Source of the DNA: Candidatus Omnitrophota bacterium
GTDB lineage: Bacteria > Omnitrophota > Gorgyraeia > Zapsychrales > JANLHA01
NCBI GenBank assembly: GCA_963662715.1
Contig: OY759724.1
Span: 1,260,001 to 1,292,000, forward strand
Length of the DNA stretch: 32,000 nt
Direction: 5' to 3'
Under the pieces are notes generated by a model. That model was not told the origin of the DNA, searched no databases, and saw only the letters and a list, made by a program, of their open reading frames with translations. Below, one piece after another: positions 31,719 to 32,000 of this stretch. Numbering within the stretch: the first letter of the stretch is position 1; each line of letters begins with the position of its first letter. Made by a program: the position numbers and the translations under genes.

Positions 31719-31880
31719 TTAAAAATTAACCAGCTTTAATTTGCAGCATTTGGCCAACTGGCGACCCTGAGTACAAGTGGTAGGAAAAATTTGAAGCTTA
31801 CTAGGTAATGACACAGAATAACAATTATTATATTTTACTTTGAATCCACCTCCGTTTAAATTTGATTTAGTTTTAGACAT
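31719..31880 (-). CDS. Speculative 53-aa basic, Cys-rich small ORF (MSKTKSNLNGGGFKVKYNNCYSVSLPSKLQIFPTTCTQGRQLAKCCKLKLVNF)
   Basis: This is the internal Met of the listed 69-aa ORF and lies downstream of the terminator hairpin. Its stop codon at 31719..31721 is 10 nt from the giant-gene ATG. Against it being real: it is clearly more AT-rich than the giant ORF, it has no convincing RBS, and there is no room for a promoter after the terminator. Confidence 0.25.
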   Translation of the reverse strand: MSKTKSNLNGGGFKVKYNNCYSVSLPSKLQIFPTTCTQGRQLAKCCKLKLVNF

Positions 31881-31890
31881 TGGCTTACCC

Positions 31891-31924
31891 AAAAACAAAA
31901 AAGCCACCAAGTGGTCTTGGTAGC
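31891..31924 (-). terminator. Rho-independent terminator-like hairpin plus T-tract for a minus-strand gene ending beyond or near the right window edge
   Basis: The minus strand reads gctaccaag-acca-cttggtggc, a 9-bp stem with one G-U pair and a 4-nt loop. It is followed by ttttttgttttt. Confidence 0.6.
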
Positions 31925-32000
31925 CCATAAAATTGCTACAAAATTTCAGAAATGCTTTCTGTTAGCAAAAATTTCATTATTCTGTTGGCCCTCTTTTTTG

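Noticed and set aside
31827-31832. A perfect TATAAT hexamer on the minus strand as the giant-gene promoter -10 element.
   Set aside because: No acceptable -35 lies at 16-19 nt (the sequence there is acggag) and there is no extended -10 TG. In such AT-rich DNA a TATAAT can occur by chance, so I cannot support it as a feature.
31881-31928. The full 69-aa version of ORF 31719..31928 starting at ATG 31928.
   Set aside because: Its first 16 codons are the terminator hairpin and T-tract (GYQDHLVAFLFLG is a translation of the stem-loop). If the ORF is real at all, the Met at 31880 is the more plausible start.
1-32000. Alternative genetic code or stop-codon reassignment as the reason why the ORF track has no ORF longer than 219 aa.
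   Set aside because: One minus-strand frame is completely open under the standard code and contains no TGA, TAG or TAA to reassign. The lack of long ORFs in the track is explained by the giant ORF not being closed within the window.
31925-32000. The 3' end of an upstream minus-strand gene.
   Set aside because: All three frames hit a stop within this 76-nt stretch (31977..31979, 31946..31948, 31936..31938). Without more sequence I cannot tell which frame, if any, is the real gene end. Only the terminator is reported.

Overview
Almost the whole window is one giant gene on the minus strand. The ATG at 31708..31706 has an in-frame TAA two codons upstream (31712..31714). The frame, whose codons have an upper coordinate = 1 mod 3, then stays open under the standard code to position 2 and runs off the left edge. 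That is at least 10,569 codons with the 3' end missing. I translated 31708 to about 24900 codon by codon and less rigorously from there to position 2. Exact codon checks near 20050, 18650, 17780, 16600, 15960, 15590, 14800, 14230, 12000, 10750, 8900, 7750, 7550, 6900, 4550, 4300, 3800, 3600, 3440, 3100, 2930, 2810, 2690, 1420, 670-430, 340 and 2-49 found no stop and kept giving sensible protein in the same frame. The ORF track has no entry in this frame, as expected if it reports only ORFs closed inside the window. Every listed ORF is therefore a shadow or antisense ORF of the giant gene, and no alternative genetic code is needed. Recognisable modules from N to C are: a signal-anchor TM; a papain-like C39-type Cys/His/Asp peptidase domain; a Gly/Ala-rich multi-pass hydrophobic block; five copies of a ~40-aa W-D-x-E-K-K...ALEA-G-I...DIKE motif, two of them in a near-identical 255-bp tandem duplication; a coiled coil; ~1,900 aa of unassigned, apparently non-membrane sequence; a second multi-pass hydrophobic block; a K/T/P-rich linker; an SF2/SecA-like DEAD-type ATPase; ~1,700 aa of helical-looking sequence; and a C-proximal string of small enzymatic or toxin-like modules. 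Those modules are an HExxH site, a JAB/MPN+ metalloprotease, a GGDEF-like palm domain and a RelE/ParE-like fold. They are separated by a strongly over-represented short motif, S-S-P-[I/V]. Upstream of the start lie an AT-rich 180-nt leader with a speculative 53-aa Cys-rich ORF and a hairpin+T-tract terminator for a gene beyond the right edge. I saw no rRNA, tRNA, CRISPR array or transposase. Many TM segments plus a divergent SecA-like DEAD ATPase match what I recall being reported for giant genes in metagenomic Candidatus Omnitrophota. The taxonomy is inference only.
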